Assembly: GCA_001772615.1 (NCBI GenBank)
Contig: MEUZ01000007.1
Span: 108,283 to 172,282 of the forward strand
Length of the DNA: 64,000 bases
Direction of reading: 5' to 3'
From: a candidate division WWE3 bacterium RIFCSPHIGHO2_01_FULL_40_23
GTDB taxonomy: Bacteria; Patescibacteriota; WWE3; UBA101185; 2-01-FULL-41-18
Made by a program: the position numbers and the translations under genes. Below, piece by piece: positions 39,112 through 48,728 of this stretch. The notes below the pieces were generated by a model. It was not told the origin of the DNA. It saw only the letters and a list, made by a program, of their open reading frames with translations, and made no database searches. Each line of letters opens with the position of its first letter. Positions within the stretch are counted from its first letter, which is position 1.

Positions 39112-39810
39112 ATGAAAAAACAAATTACTTTAAAATCAAAAAAGCATCAGAAGGCCTCAAAACTCCTTGAAGAAGGTAAGATGTACTCATTAGATCAGGC
39201 TTTAGATCTTTCAAAAGAAACTTCGTACTCAAATTTTGATGCGACTCTTGAAGCCCATTTTAATCTGGATCTTGACTTAAAAAGTGGTGATCAAAATATC
39301 AGAACAACAGTCACTCTCCCCCATGGAACCGGAAAGACCGTAAAAGTGGCGGTGTTTTCAACAGAAAAAGTAAAAGGCGCCGACCTCTCATTAGGTGAAG
39401 AAGGAATTACAATGATAGAGCAAGGGAAAATAAAACCTAAAACCGATTTTGACATAGTCGCTTCGGAACCTTCGTTCATGCCTAAACTTGCAAAAGTTGC
39501 CAAAATTTTAGGACCTGCGGGAATGATGCCAAACCCTAAAACTCAAACCGTTTCAAATGACCTTGAAAAAACTGTCTCCGATTTAAAAAAAGGAAGAATT
39601 GAACTTAAACTGGAAGCCAACGCACCAATCATTCACACAAAAATAGGCAAAATGAGCTTCTCAAAGGATGCCCTTAAAGAAAATTTTCTGGAAGTGTTAA
39701 AAGCGCTTAAGGCAAACAAACCGCAGAAAGCTTCACCGAGCTGGATTAAATCTTGTTTTTTATCGGCTACCATGGGCCCCTCAATCAAAGTAGATTTTGA
39801 AAGCCTCTAG
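39112..39810 (+). CDS. rplA: 50S ribosomal protein L1
   Basis: LPHGTGK, LGPAGMMPNPK and TMGPS. Confidence 0.97.
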   Translation: MKKQITLKSKKHQKASKLLEEGKMYSLDQALDLSKETSYSNFDATLEAHFNLDLDLKSGDQNIRTTVTLPHGTGKTVKVAVFSTEKVKGADLSLGEEGITMIEQGKIKPKTDFDIVASEPSFMPKLAKVAKILGPAGMMPNPKTQTVSNDLEKTVSDLKKGRIELKLEANAPIIHTKIGKMSFSKDALKENFLEVLKALKANKPQKASPSWIKSCFLSATMGPSIKVDFESL

Positions 39811-39857
39811 CTTCTTATACTTGACAAGAGAAAGGGGCTCATGTAACCTTTCTTCGT

Positions 39858-39935
39858 TTCCGTAGAAAGTAAGGTCCCGCTGTCAGCCAACTGGCGACAC
39901 GGGTCAATTAGAGGAATCTAGCCTACCGAGGAAAA
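39858..39935 (+). promoter_or_regulatory. L10 leader (rplJ autoregulatory RNA)
   Basis: CCGTAGAAAGTAAGG...CCTACCGAGG kink-turn pattern upstream of rplJ. Confidence 0.7.
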
Positions 39936-39994
39936 ACAATTTAAGATCCCTTTGCATTAAACTTTAATTGTTATCCTCTAAGCTTGAAAATCAA

Positions 39995-40528
39995 ATGCCA
40001 AATCAAAAAAACAAAGAGCAGGTTTTTGCTCTAAAAGATAAAATTTCAAAGGCTAAGTCCATTGTTTTTACCGACTATAAAGGGCTTAACTCAAATCAGG
40101 CAAACGAGTTAAGAAGGAAGCTTTCAGAAGAAGGCTCTGAAATAGAAATTGCCAAAAACACTCTTCTTAAAATCGCACTTAAGGAGTCAGGATATGAAAT
40201 AAAGGAAGTTGAAAAAACTTTTGAGGGATCAACCGCGGCAATTCTTTCTTACAGCGATCCTATCTCACCTCTTAAAAAGCTCTTTGAATTTATTAAAACG
40301 GCAGGTTTGCCAAAAGTTAAACTTGGAATCTTTGATGGCGGATTTCTCCCCGAGTCGGATGTGGAAACATTAAGCAAACTGCCTTCCAAAGAAGTCTTAG
40401 TGTCCAAGCTTCTTTCAACTTTCAACTCCCCTATCTTTGGATTTGTAAATGTCTTATCGGGAACCAAAAGAAAATTCGTTTACGCGCTAAATGAGATTAC
40501 AAAGAAGAAAGGTGGGGCCGCTTCTTAA
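39995..40528 (+). CDS. rplJ: 50S ribosomal protein L10
   Basis: FTDYKGL, KNTLLKIAL and LSKLPSKE; ATG at 39995. Confidence 0.96.
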   Translation: MPNQKNKEQVFALKDKISKAKSIVFTDYKGLNSNQANELRRKLSEEGSEIEIAKNTLLKIALKESGYEIKEVEKTFEGSTAAILSYSDPISPLKKLFEFIKTAGLPKVKLGIFDGGFLPESDVETLSKLPSKEVLVSKLLSTFNSPIFGFVNVLSGTKRKFVYALNEITKKKGGAAS

Positions 40529-40549
40529 AAAGAAGCGCTTACGGGCATC

Positions 40550-40620
40550 AAAAATCCCGACAGAAGTCGGGACCTTTGAAAAGCTCACTTAGTGAGAGTT
40601 TATTGGAACTACCAATCCTG
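40550..40620 (-). ncRNA. Putative sRNA complementary to the neighbouring tRNA-like RNA
   Basis: TTGACA-18-TACAAT promoter (40654-40625) and terminator TCCCGAC-TTCT-GTCGGGA-TTTTT. Confidence 0.55.
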
Positions 40621-40662
40621 GTGTATTGTACAACGCAGCTTTTTGTTTTGTCAATATTTCTT

Positions 40663-40733
40663 TGGTGGACCCTAGGGGAATTGCACCCCTGGGCTTTGGA
40701 TTGGTAGTTCCAAACCCACACTAAGTAGGGCCC
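40663..40733 (-). ncRNA. 71-nt tmRNA-TLD-like / tRNA-like RNA
   Basis: GGGCCCU/AGGGUCC acceptor with G3:U70, discriminator A, CCA, T arm AGGGG-UGCAAUU-CCCCU, no D stem. Confidence 0.55.
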
Positions 40734-40800
40734 ACCAGTAATCTATATAACACAAGTTTAACTATACTACAATATATATTGTATAAAGGGGGTGTTAAAA

Positions 40801-41202
40801 ATGGCAGAATTATCAAAACATGCGGAAAAAGTTATGGAGCTTGTTGAAAGCATGACCGTTCTTGAACTTAATGATCTAGTAAAAGCGCTTGAAGAAAAGT
40901 TTGGTGTGTCGGCATCAGCACCCATGATGAACATGGTTATGCCTCAAGGAGGCGCAGCCAATGCTTCGGCCGAGCCGGTTGAAGAAAAAACATCATTTGA
41001 TGTGGTACTAGCCGATGCTGGAGCCACCAAAATCAATGTCATTAAAGCAGTAAGAGAAATAAATCAGCAGTTAGGGCTTGTTGAGGCCAAAACTCTTGTT
41101 GAATCGGCTCCTAAAGTCATTCTTGAAGGAGTTAAAAAAGAAGCGGCTGAAGCAGCAAAGAAAAAGCTTGAAGAGGCAGGCGCTAAAGTTGAGCTCAAAT
41201 AA
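40801..41202 (+). CDS. rplL: 50S ribosomal protein L7/L12
   Basis: [19 protein letters not shown] and [12 protein letters not shown]. Confidence 0.97.
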   Translation: MAELSKHAEKVMELVESMTVLELNDLVKALEEKFGVSASAPMMNMVMPQGGAANASAEPVEEKTSFDVVLADAGATKINVIKAVREINQQLGLVEAKTLVESAPKVILEGVKKEAAEAAKKKLEEAGAKVELK

Positions 41203-41276
41203 TCATAGGGAGTAGAAGTTCACAACCCTCAATTCATTGACATTACAGAGCGCAAGCTAAATAATTTAAATGTCAA

Positions 41277-43664
41277 ATGAACCTGCTTGGGAAGAACTCA
41301 CAAAACAAAAAAGTCAGCTTTTCTATTTTCAAGTTGCCAAACGCTCTTGCAATTTCACTCCCGTTTTTACTCCTATTAGCAGGTATTGTGTACGCGGCCT
41401 CCGTTTTCTCTTTTGAAGCCGAGGAGGCTTCATTTCCAAATTCCGATCCAATTGACATCGGAACCGACCCTAATGCTTCGGGAAGAAAATATATAAAATT
41501 TAAAACCCCAACCACAATGCCCGCTTCCAAAAAATTTAATTATTTTCAAGACTTTCAGATCAAGCTTTCCGGGACCATGGAGTCTATCCTTTACCCAATC
41601 CGTAATTTTCAGCAATGGAAGGGCCAATTTGCTTGGCAATCGGTAAAATCAGATGCCAACCCTTCAGTCCTTTCATCTTCCGTTTTTACTTTCACAGCAG
41701 GAGGCGATACGGACGCAAACAGTGAAGCCACTATAGTCTTAAACAATATCGCCGCGTCGCAGGGAGCGTTTCATCTTCACCTTGGCGGAATGAGTTTTAA
41801 CACAATTACACCCGAACAGAGTTGGTGCAACTACGTAAACTTTTACGATTACCCCAAAAATAGCACTCCCAGATTTCCTTTTGGCTTCCCGTATGAAATA
41901 GTTTCAGGCGAGACCGAAGATAATGGTCCGTACGGACTCATTGATAACTTTGCTTCATGTCTACCCCATTCCGGGACAGCATTTGGGCCTTTGCCCGGAG
42001 GATCTTTATACGCCAAAGAGTACTATTTTGATTATGCAGGATTAGCCAGGATTATTCTGATATCTCCTGATCTTACGTTCGGATCCGAAACTTATGATTA
42101 TTCTTCAGGCGCACACAGAACATGGCTAACAAACACCATAGACTCTGCAAGATCACAAAATATTCCATGGGTGGTTGTTGGGATGCACAAAAACTGCATT
42201 ACCATGGGGGTTAAATCATGTGAAATATCACAGTCCCTTATGAATCTTCTTATTGAAAAGAAGGTGGATCTTGTGCTTCAGGGTGGAGAGCACAGCTATC
42301 AAAGGAGCAAACAGCTTGCTATCAACCCAAATTGTACGGGAGTATCCGCGAACACATATAACTCCGATTGCGTGACTGAAGACGGCTTGGACGGAGAACT
42401 CACTAAGGATGCGGGGACCGTGTTTGTAATAGTGGGAACAACCGGCGCGGGATTTCAGGGGGTAAACACATCCGATTCCGAAGCGCCCTACTTTGCAAGG
42501 TGGATGGGAAACGCAAATAATGTCTCAATCTGCAACAACCCGACATCAGGCTGCACCGCGAGAAAGGGATTTTTAAAGGCTACGGTAACAGACACCCAGC
42601 TTGTCGCAAATTATGTAGGCGTAACAAACGGCAACTTCTCTGACGGTTTCACAATTAGTGCCCCACTCCCTACACCCACGCCCTCTCCAACTCCGACACC
42701 CCCACCTGACACTACTCCACCGGTAGTATCAAACGGATCTCCGACCATTGAGCTTCCCGAAGGCACAACCTTCACAACAATCAGCGCAACAACCGACGAG
42801 AATGCCACATGCAGATATGACAGCGCTCCTGACATCTCATATCCCCTTATGAGATGGCCTTTTGCGGCAACCGGAGGCACTTCTCATTCTTCACTTGTCA
42901 CCGGTCTTGAGGACGGCACTTCCTACACAATTTACGTTAAATGTGCCGATACTCTCGGGAACGTAAACACAACAGACTATAACTTTACCTTCAGTGTGGC
43001 GGCACCGACATGCGTAACGCTTCCGACAAATACAGGTACGGCTACATTGATTTTATCTTTTGATCAAGGAACTTATAAAGTCTGGAGCAGAATAATGTCG
43101 GCAGGTGATTCTTCAAACTCTTATTACCTGCAGGTAGATGGGGGCTGCGCCATGAACGTTTCAGACTTAAACGGAATGCCAGTCAATACCTGGACATGGG
43201 TTGATTATCAAGACGGGGTAACTTCAGATAAAACCGAGGTTACTTTAACTGCGGGAACCCACACTGTGAAGCTGATTGGAAGAGAGGCTGATACCAAAGT
43301 TGACAGAGTTATCTTTACATCTGATCTTGCCTGTGTTCCAAACGGCAAAGGCGATAACTGCGCCGCACCAACATCAAGTGATGCTACAGCGCCTACGGTA
43401 TCTATAACATCGCCGTCAAACGGGGCCATTGTGCAGAGAAACTCTTCGGTTACAATTGATGCTACCGCTTCCGATAATGTGGGTGTTACAAAAGTTGAAT
43501 TCCGCGCCAATAATTCCGCTCTGTGTTCGGATCTTTCCGCTCCCTACTCCTGTGCCTGGCAAGTTGGAAACAAACCCAATGCATCTTATACATTATCATC
43601 AAAAGCCTTTGATGCCGCGGGCAATACCTCCACAACCTCAATAACTGTCTACTCTTCCCAGTAG
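41277..43664 (+). CDS. Secreted metallophosphoesterase-like protein (degenerate motifs) with Ig-like/CBM-like domains
   Basis: N-terminal TM/signal, purple-acid-phosphatase-like domain, PT linker, C-terminal ATASDNVGVTKVEF Big domain. Confidence 0.8.
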   Translation: MNLLGKNSQNKKVSFSIFKLPNALAISLPFLLLLAGIVYAASVFSFEAEEASFPNSDPIDIGTDPNASGRKYIKFKTPTTMPASKKFNYFQDFQIKLSGTMESILYPIRNFQQWKGQFAWQSVKSDANPSVLSSSVFTFTAGGDTDANSEATIVLNNIAASQGAFHLHLGGMSFNTITPEQSWCNYVNFYDYPKNSTPRFPFGFPYEIVSGETEDNGPYGLIDNFASCLPHSGTAFGPLPGGSLYAKEYYFDYAGLARIILISPDLTFGSETYDYSSGAHRTWLTNTIDSARSQNIPWVVVGMHKNCITMGVKSCEISQSLMNLLIEKKVDLVLQGGEHSYQRSKQLAINPNCTGVSANTYNSDCVTEDGLDGELTKDAGTVFVIVGTTGAGFQGVNTSDSEAPYFARWMGNANNVSICNNPTSGCTARKGFLKATVTDTQLVANYVGVTNGNFSDGFTISAPLPTPTPSPTPTPPPDTTPPVVSNGSPTIELPEGTTFTTISATTDENATCRYDSAPDISYPLMRWPFAATGGTSHSSLVTGLEDGTSYTIYVKCADTLGNVNTTDYNFTFSVAAPTCVTLPTNTGTATLILSFDQGTYKVWSRIMSAGDSSNSYYLQVDGGCAMNVSDLNGMPVNTWTWVDYQDGVTSDKTEVTLTAGTHTVKLIGREADTKVDRVIFTSDLACVPNGKGDNCAAPTSSDATAPTVSITSPSNGAIVQRNSSVTIDATASDNVGVTKVEFRANNSALCSDLSAPYSCAWQVGNKPNASYTLSSKAFDAAGNTSTTSITVYSSQ

Positions 43665-43673
43665 AATGGCAGA

Positions 43674-43903
43674 AAAGACAACAGGATATGCCTCTACGGG
43701 GTCACGTCCGCTAGTCTCTAATAATTAATTGTATAGCACAGAACTCGCGGCGTTCTTTCTCGCGCAATGCAATGTCATTCTCGTGAGAGCGGAGATCAAC
43801 ATTGTCATTCCCGCGAAAGCGGGAATCTAGATCCTGGATCAAGTCCAGGATGACAAAACATTGCGCTCCGAGTTCCCCTTAAGAGGCATATCCTGTTGTC
43901 TTT
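43674..43903. mobile_element. MITE-like element with 22-bp terminal inverted repeats
   Basis: AAAGACAACAGGATATGCCTCT (43674-43695) and its exact reverse complement (43882-43903), with internal REP-like palindromes. Confidence 0.55.
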
Positions 43904-44007
43904 CAAACCCGAACCACGGCGGGCCTACTGCACCGTTTGACAGCCTGGAGCATTCTGTGAGAGCATAAACTTTAAGGAAGGTTTTTTGCCCTCGCCTAGT
44001 AAAACAA

Positions 44008-45729
44008 ATGAAGCCTTTATCTAAACTCAAATTAAAAACATTCTTTTTCTTACTAACCGCCGTAGCGGTTCTATTTTTGAGTCCAAAACCGCTCCAAAAA
44101 CTCGCTAGAGCCAACGTTGAATACTCCATGCAGGTTGAAAATCAAGATATTGAGGCTGATACCGTTTATGCCTCAAAAATCTCCGAGCTGTCAAAACCTG
44201 TAATAAAGAGTGAAAGCGGGGCCTCCGTGCCGCTTTCAGAATATTTACTTGATCTAGCCAGGAAGCTTCAAAGCCTTTTAATAGGAACTCTTTTTGGGCC
44301 TGGTGAGAATAAGGCTGAAACTTCACAAACACTCTCGGCGACCGCTTTTACGTTCTCGGCCGCAGGAGATATGGGCGGAAGCTCGGACGCCAGGGCAGTC
44401 CTGGACTCAATAGCTGCCAATGGCTCAACCTTCTTCATCCACCTCGGAGACTTAAAATACGGAGCCTTCTCAACGGCTGCTTCACCGGAAACGGAGTGGT
44501 GCAACTTTGTCAAATACTCAAACTACCCCACAAATACAATAAGGAGATTCCCCGAAGGCTATCCTTATGAGCTCATTTCGGGAAACCACGAAGACAATGG
44601 AGATGACGGGCTGATAGACAATTTTAAGGTTTGTCTTCCCCATGGAAGCTCCACACTGGGGCCTTTGCCGGGAGGAAGTGACTATGCAAAAGAATACTAT
44701 TTTGATTACCAAAACCTGGTAAGGGTAATTTTAATATCCCCCGCTTTAACTTACGGATCGGAAACCTACAGCTACTCTTCGGGCGCACACAGAGACTGGC
44801 TTATTAATACCATAGACTCGGCAAGAGCGGCCCAAATCCCATGGGTAGTTGTTGCCATGCATAAAAACTGCATCACCATGGGAGTTAAATCATGCGAGAT
44901 TTCAACTAGCCTTTTAAACCTCCTCATTGACAAGAAAGTTGATCTAGTTCTTCAGGGACATGACCATGATTACCAAAGGAGCAAGCAGCTTCTCCATTCA
45001 ACAACCTGTACGGCAATCAGTTCAGGCTCATATAATGCAGGGTGCGTTTCTGATGATGGTTCCGATGGAAGTTACACAAAAGGCAACGGGCCAGTTGTAG
45101 TGATTGCGGGGACGGCAGGCGCGGGCTTATACTCCCTTAATACTGCAGATCCCGAAGCTCCTTACTTTGTCAGATGGATGGGAGACAACATTTGCAATAA
45201 CCCTTCAAGCGGATGCACCAAAAGGAAAGGGTACTTAAAAGTTGATGTTTCAAGTTCAGAATTAAACGCTTCATATGTAGGCTTGCCTTCCGGTAATTTT
45301 ACGGATTCGTTCATAATAAGCCAAACCGCTTCACCTACACCGACACCTACTCCCACTCCAACAACGACTTCCACTCCAACGCCAACACCTACCCCGACCC
45401 CTACACCAACTGCCACCCCCACTACCACTGCAACCCCCGCACCCGACTCAACTCCTCCCTCGGTAAACATCACTTACCCACTTAATACCGCGATCATACA
45501 AAGAAACGCCTATATAACCATTCAGGCAACGGCAACAGACAACGTAGGCGTTACAAAAGTTAACTTTTATGTTAATGGAGCTTTAAAATGTGCGGATACG
45601 ACCTCCCCCTACACGTGCTTATGGAAGCCGACAGGCAAACCAAACGCAAGTTATACAATTAAAGCCACGGCCTATGACGCCGCTGGAAACAACACTTCCC
45701 ATTCAATCACCGTAAGAACATTAAAATAA
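44008..45729 (+). CDS. Secreted calcineurin-like metallophosphoesterase with PT linker and Big domain
   Basis: AGD, GDLKY, GNHE, AMHK and GHDH motifs. Confidence 0.85.
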   Translation: MKPLSKLKLKTFFFLLTAVAVLFLSPKPLQKLARANVEYSMQVENQDIEADTVYASKISELSKPVIKSESGASVPLSEYLLDLARKLQSLLIGTLFGPGENKAETSQTLSATAFTFSAAGDMGGSSDARAVLDSIAANGSTFFIHLGDLKYGAFSTAASPETEWCNFVKYSNYPTNTIRRFPEGYPYELISGNHEDNGDDGLIDNFKVCLPHGSSTLGPLPGGSDYAKEYYFDYQNLVRVILISPALTYGSETYSYSSGAHRDWLINTIDSARAAQIPWVVVAMHKNCITMGVKSCEISTSLLNLLIDKKVDLVLQGHDHDYQRSKQLLHSTTCTAISSGSYNAGCVSDDGSDGSYTKGNGPVVVIAGTAGAGLYSLNTADPEAPYFVRWMGDNICNNPSSGCTKRKGYLKVDVSSSELNASYVGLPSGNFTDSFIISQTASPTPTPTPTPTTTSTPTPTPTPTPTPTATPTTTATPAPDSTPPSVNITYPLNTAIIQRNAYITIQATATDNVGVTKVNFYVNGALKCADTTSPYTCLWKPTGKPNASYTIKATAYDAAGNNTSHSITVRTLK

Positions 45730-45989
45730 AAAGGCTTGACAATTTTTCTATATTATCAAGCCTTAAACAAGTCTCTCTATGAATGTAAAGTGCCGGTGAG
45801 GAATCCTTTGAAGATGCGCTGACTGATCATCAGTTATTCTTTGGAGGAGGGATCCCTCACACGGCACCTAAAGCAGGCGGAAAGTAAAACCCCAGCGGTG
45901 AATGCTCGGTGCAGCCACCAATCGTCTTGCTCTCCGCCTGCCACTCGCAATAATATACAAAAGGAAAAGAATGTCAAATAATGGGAATG

Positions 45990-46886
45990 TCAAATATTCT
46001 CTCTTAAAAGCTTTGCGGCGTCTTCAGGGGTGGCTTTATCCGATACCCAAATCCCCGCCCCAAGCTCAATTGCGCCAAACACTTTTAAGTGAGGCAAAAA
46101 ACCCACATGCCAGTGAAAAGGGTCAAATCTTTCAGTATGAATCCAGAAATTTCTGTCGGGATAATTAAATGCGTTTCCATAAGCCTGCACAACTTTCTGC
46201 AAAACCCCGGCAAAATTATTAATCTCGGTTTCGTCAATAAAAACAAGGCTTGGGCGGTGAGTTTTCGGGGTAATTCTGATTTCATAAGACCATCTGCAGG
46301 CTTTCGGCACAAAAACCACAAAATGACTGGTTTCAAGTATGACCCGGTCTTTCCCCGCAAGGACCTCGCTGATCTCGTCGCACCAATAGCACGTGTTTTT
46401 CTCATCGTAGTAGCGGATTGACCACTCTTTCTCACTCTGCAGAATCCCAGGAAAGCCTTTTAATGCAATGATCTGTGAATGGGGGTGGACAAGCGAAGCT
46501 CCAGCCTTTTTTCCGCGGTTATTAAATATAAACACCTCTTTTTCCTGCGAGCCGTAAAAATTGGCGCGGTTTAAATAAGCCCTTATTACTCTTACCACCT
46601 GCTCGTGGTCCAAGTCCTCAAGGTCTTTATCATGATCGGGGCTGTGGATGATAACCTCATGATCCTCAACTATGGGATACTTATTCTTAATTACCCTAAC
46701 GTGCCAGTCTTCCTGGTCTTTATAAGTGGCAGGAGGAGTTAAATGCTCGTTTCCCTTACAAAAGTAGCAAACATGATCGGTAACCGACATGGTCCCCGCT
46801 TTTGCCGTCTCCTCGGGTCTTTTTGCTCTTTCAGTAGCTAAAATTGTCGGCTCCCCAGTTAAGGGATCAAAAATAAACTTGCCCAT
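45990..46886 (-). CDS. galT: GalT-like nucleotidyltransferase (HIT superfamily)
   Basis: ERAKRP, CYFCKGNE, NKYP and AGASLVHPHSQ. Confidence 0.85.
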   Translation of the reverse strand: MGKFIFDPLTGEPTILATERAKRPEETAKAGTMSVTDHVCYFCKGNEHLTPPATYKDQEDWHVRVIKNKYPIVEDHEVIIHSPDHDKDLEDLDHEQVVRVIRAYLNRANFYGSQEKEVFIFNNRGKKAGASLVHPHSQIIALKGFPGILQSEKEWSIRYYDEKNTCYWCDEISEVLAGKDRVILETSHFVVFVPKACRWSYEIRITPKTHRPSLVFIDETEINNFAGVLQKVVQAYGNAFNYPDRNFWIHTERFDPFHWHVGFLPHLKVFGAIELGAGIWVSDKATPEDAAKLLRENI

Positions 46887-48317
46887 TTACTTTCTTAATT
46901 CTATCACCTTCTTATAAAGCTCTTTGTATTCTTTCGCGCTTTTTGACCACGAAAAATCATTTTTTAGTGCATTTTTAACCATGGCATCCCATTTCCTGCT
47001 TCCGTAAAGTTTGTAAGCCCTTGTGACCGCTCTTAAAAAAGCGTTAGGAGAGAAAATATTGAATGAAAAGCCGTCAATACCATCCTTAACAGTGTCTTTA
47101 AGCCCGCCCACGTTATGAACTACAGGCAAAGCCCCATATCTCATTGCAATCATTTGTGAAAGGCCGCACGGCTCCGTTCTTGAGGGCATCAAAAATATAT
47201 CGGAGGAAGCGTAAATTCTTCTTGCTAAACCCTCGTCAAAGCCTAGAGAGATGGAAAGCTTTTCATGGTATTTTTTAACTTTTGAAAGGTTTGCAAGCAT
47301 CTCTTCATATTTTTTATCTCCCTTCCCAAGAAGCACAAACTGAAGATCAAGCTTTAAGATGTCCTTTAGGCTTTCCCACAGGAGGTCAAGACCCTTTTGC
47401 TTGGGATCAAGCCTAGAGATAAGAGACACGAACGGGACGTTTTTAACTGGAAGAGAAAGCTCCTTCTGCAAAAGGGCTTTATTTTCATTTTTTGCTTCTT
47501 TCCAGTCTCTTACGCCGAATCGGTATTTGATATTTCTGTCTTTTTCGGGGTCAAAATATGAATTATCAATGCCATTTAAAATTCCAAAAAACCTTCCGCT
47601 TCTCCCTCTTAAAATATCGGAGATTTGCCCGCCAATATCATCAAAAAGAAGCTCTTTAGCATATGAAGGTGATACAGTGTTAACGGCGTCTGCCGAGGCT
47701 GCACCCTCAAGCATAAAGTTAATATTATTATCTTCAAGATCCCATTGAAGAATCCTATGAAGCGGAATGCTTAAATCAACTTCTCTTACAAGCTCAAGAC
47801 TTGACTGTCCCTGATAAGAAACATTGTGGATGGTTAAGAGAGTTGCAGGCCTTTCCTCCCCGACTTCCTCCTCCAATAGATGCGTTATAAGCCCTGTGTG
47901 CCAGTCATTGCAATGAATGAGATCATAAATGTTAAATGAAGCTTTAATAAACTCAACAACCGCCTTGTTAAAAAAGGCAAATCTCGCTACCTCGTCTTTT
48001 AAAGAAGAAAAGGCATCAACTCCGCCCCCCGAGAGAAATCTTTGATTAAAAAGAAGGATAACATCAACGTTTGAGCCGGGAATTTTAGTTTTATATACCG
48101 AAACATCATGCGTTTCCCCCGAATAAGGGACTTCTATGGTCAACTGCTTGATAATCTTGTAATCTCCTCTTTTTATAATTGAATAAAAAGGAACAATAAC
48201 GTCAACATCAACCCCAAGTTTTTCCAAAGCCTTGGGAAGTGAGCCGGCCACATCACCCAAACCCCCTACCTTTATAATTGGGGCAACCTCCGAAACAGCA
48301 AACAAAACTTTCATCAC
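46887..48317 (-). CDS. glgA: Glycogen synthase (GT5)
   Basis: KVGGLGDV, HCNDWHT and EPCGLSQM. Confidence 0.93.
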   Translation of the reverse strand: MMKVLFAVSEVAPIIKVGGLGDVAGSLPKALEKLGVDVDVIVPFYSIIKRGDYKIIKQLTIEVPYSGETHDVSVYKTKIPGSNVDVILLFNQRFLSGGGVDAFSSLKDEVARFAFFNKAVVEFIKASFNIYDLIHCNDWHTGLITHLLEEEVGEERPATLLTIHNVSYQGQSSLELVREVDLSIPLHRILQWDLEDNNINFMLEGAASADAVNTVSPSYAKELLFDDIGGQISDILRGRSGRFFGILNGIDNSYFDPEKDRNIKYRFGVRDWKEAKNENKALLQKELSLPVKNVPFVSLISRLDPKQKGLDLLWESLKDILKLDLQFVLLGKGDKKYEEMLANLSKVKKYHEKLSISLGFDEGLARRIYASSDIFLMPSRTEPCGLSQMIAMRYGALPVVHNVGGLKDTVKDGIDGFSFNIFSPNAFLRAVTRAYKLYGSRKWDAMVKNALKNDFSWSKSAKEYKELYKKVIELRK

Positions 48318-48374
48318 GTCAAGTTTAACAGTTAAGATTTATGGTGTGAAGAACAAACGGGATGACAAACCGAC

Positions 48375-48728
48375 CTAGACGGGAAAATACCTCTCCATCC
48401 TCTCTTGTATTAGCTTAACCAGCTCTGGGTCCCCGCGAATGTAGTTATCGGGAATGTTAAAGTCTATGATCCTTTTCTTCATGGGTCTTAAATAAGGAAA
48501 CTTCTGATATAGCTTAAAGGCGTGCCTATCCTCCTTATCACTCATTACCACTACCGTATCGGCCCAGTTCACAAGTTCTTTTGTTACAGGCTGTGTCGCC
48601 CCCAGCTCTGTCCCTGCGGATTTTACCTGAAACCTCGGATCATTTTTATATAAATCCTCCGCAGTAGTGCTTCTGTCTTTATTATTGCTGCAAACAAAAA
48701 GCAGTTTAATCGGCATAATTTTTGTCAA
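48375..48728 (-). CDS. Low-molecular-weight protein tyrosine phosphatase-like protein
   Basis: LFVCSNNKDRS (CX5R), SAGT, WAD and IPD. Confidence 0.85.
   Translation of the reverse strand: MTKIMPIKLLFVCSNNKDRSTTAEDLYKNDPRFQVKSAGTELGATQPVTKELVNWADTVVVMSDKEDRHAFKLYQKFPYLRPMKKRIIDFNIPDNYIRGDPELVKLIQERMERYFPV

Noticed and set aside
45328-45445. Tandem DNA repeat
   Set aside because: It is the Pro/Thr linker of the secreted phosphoesterase, with synonymous variation.
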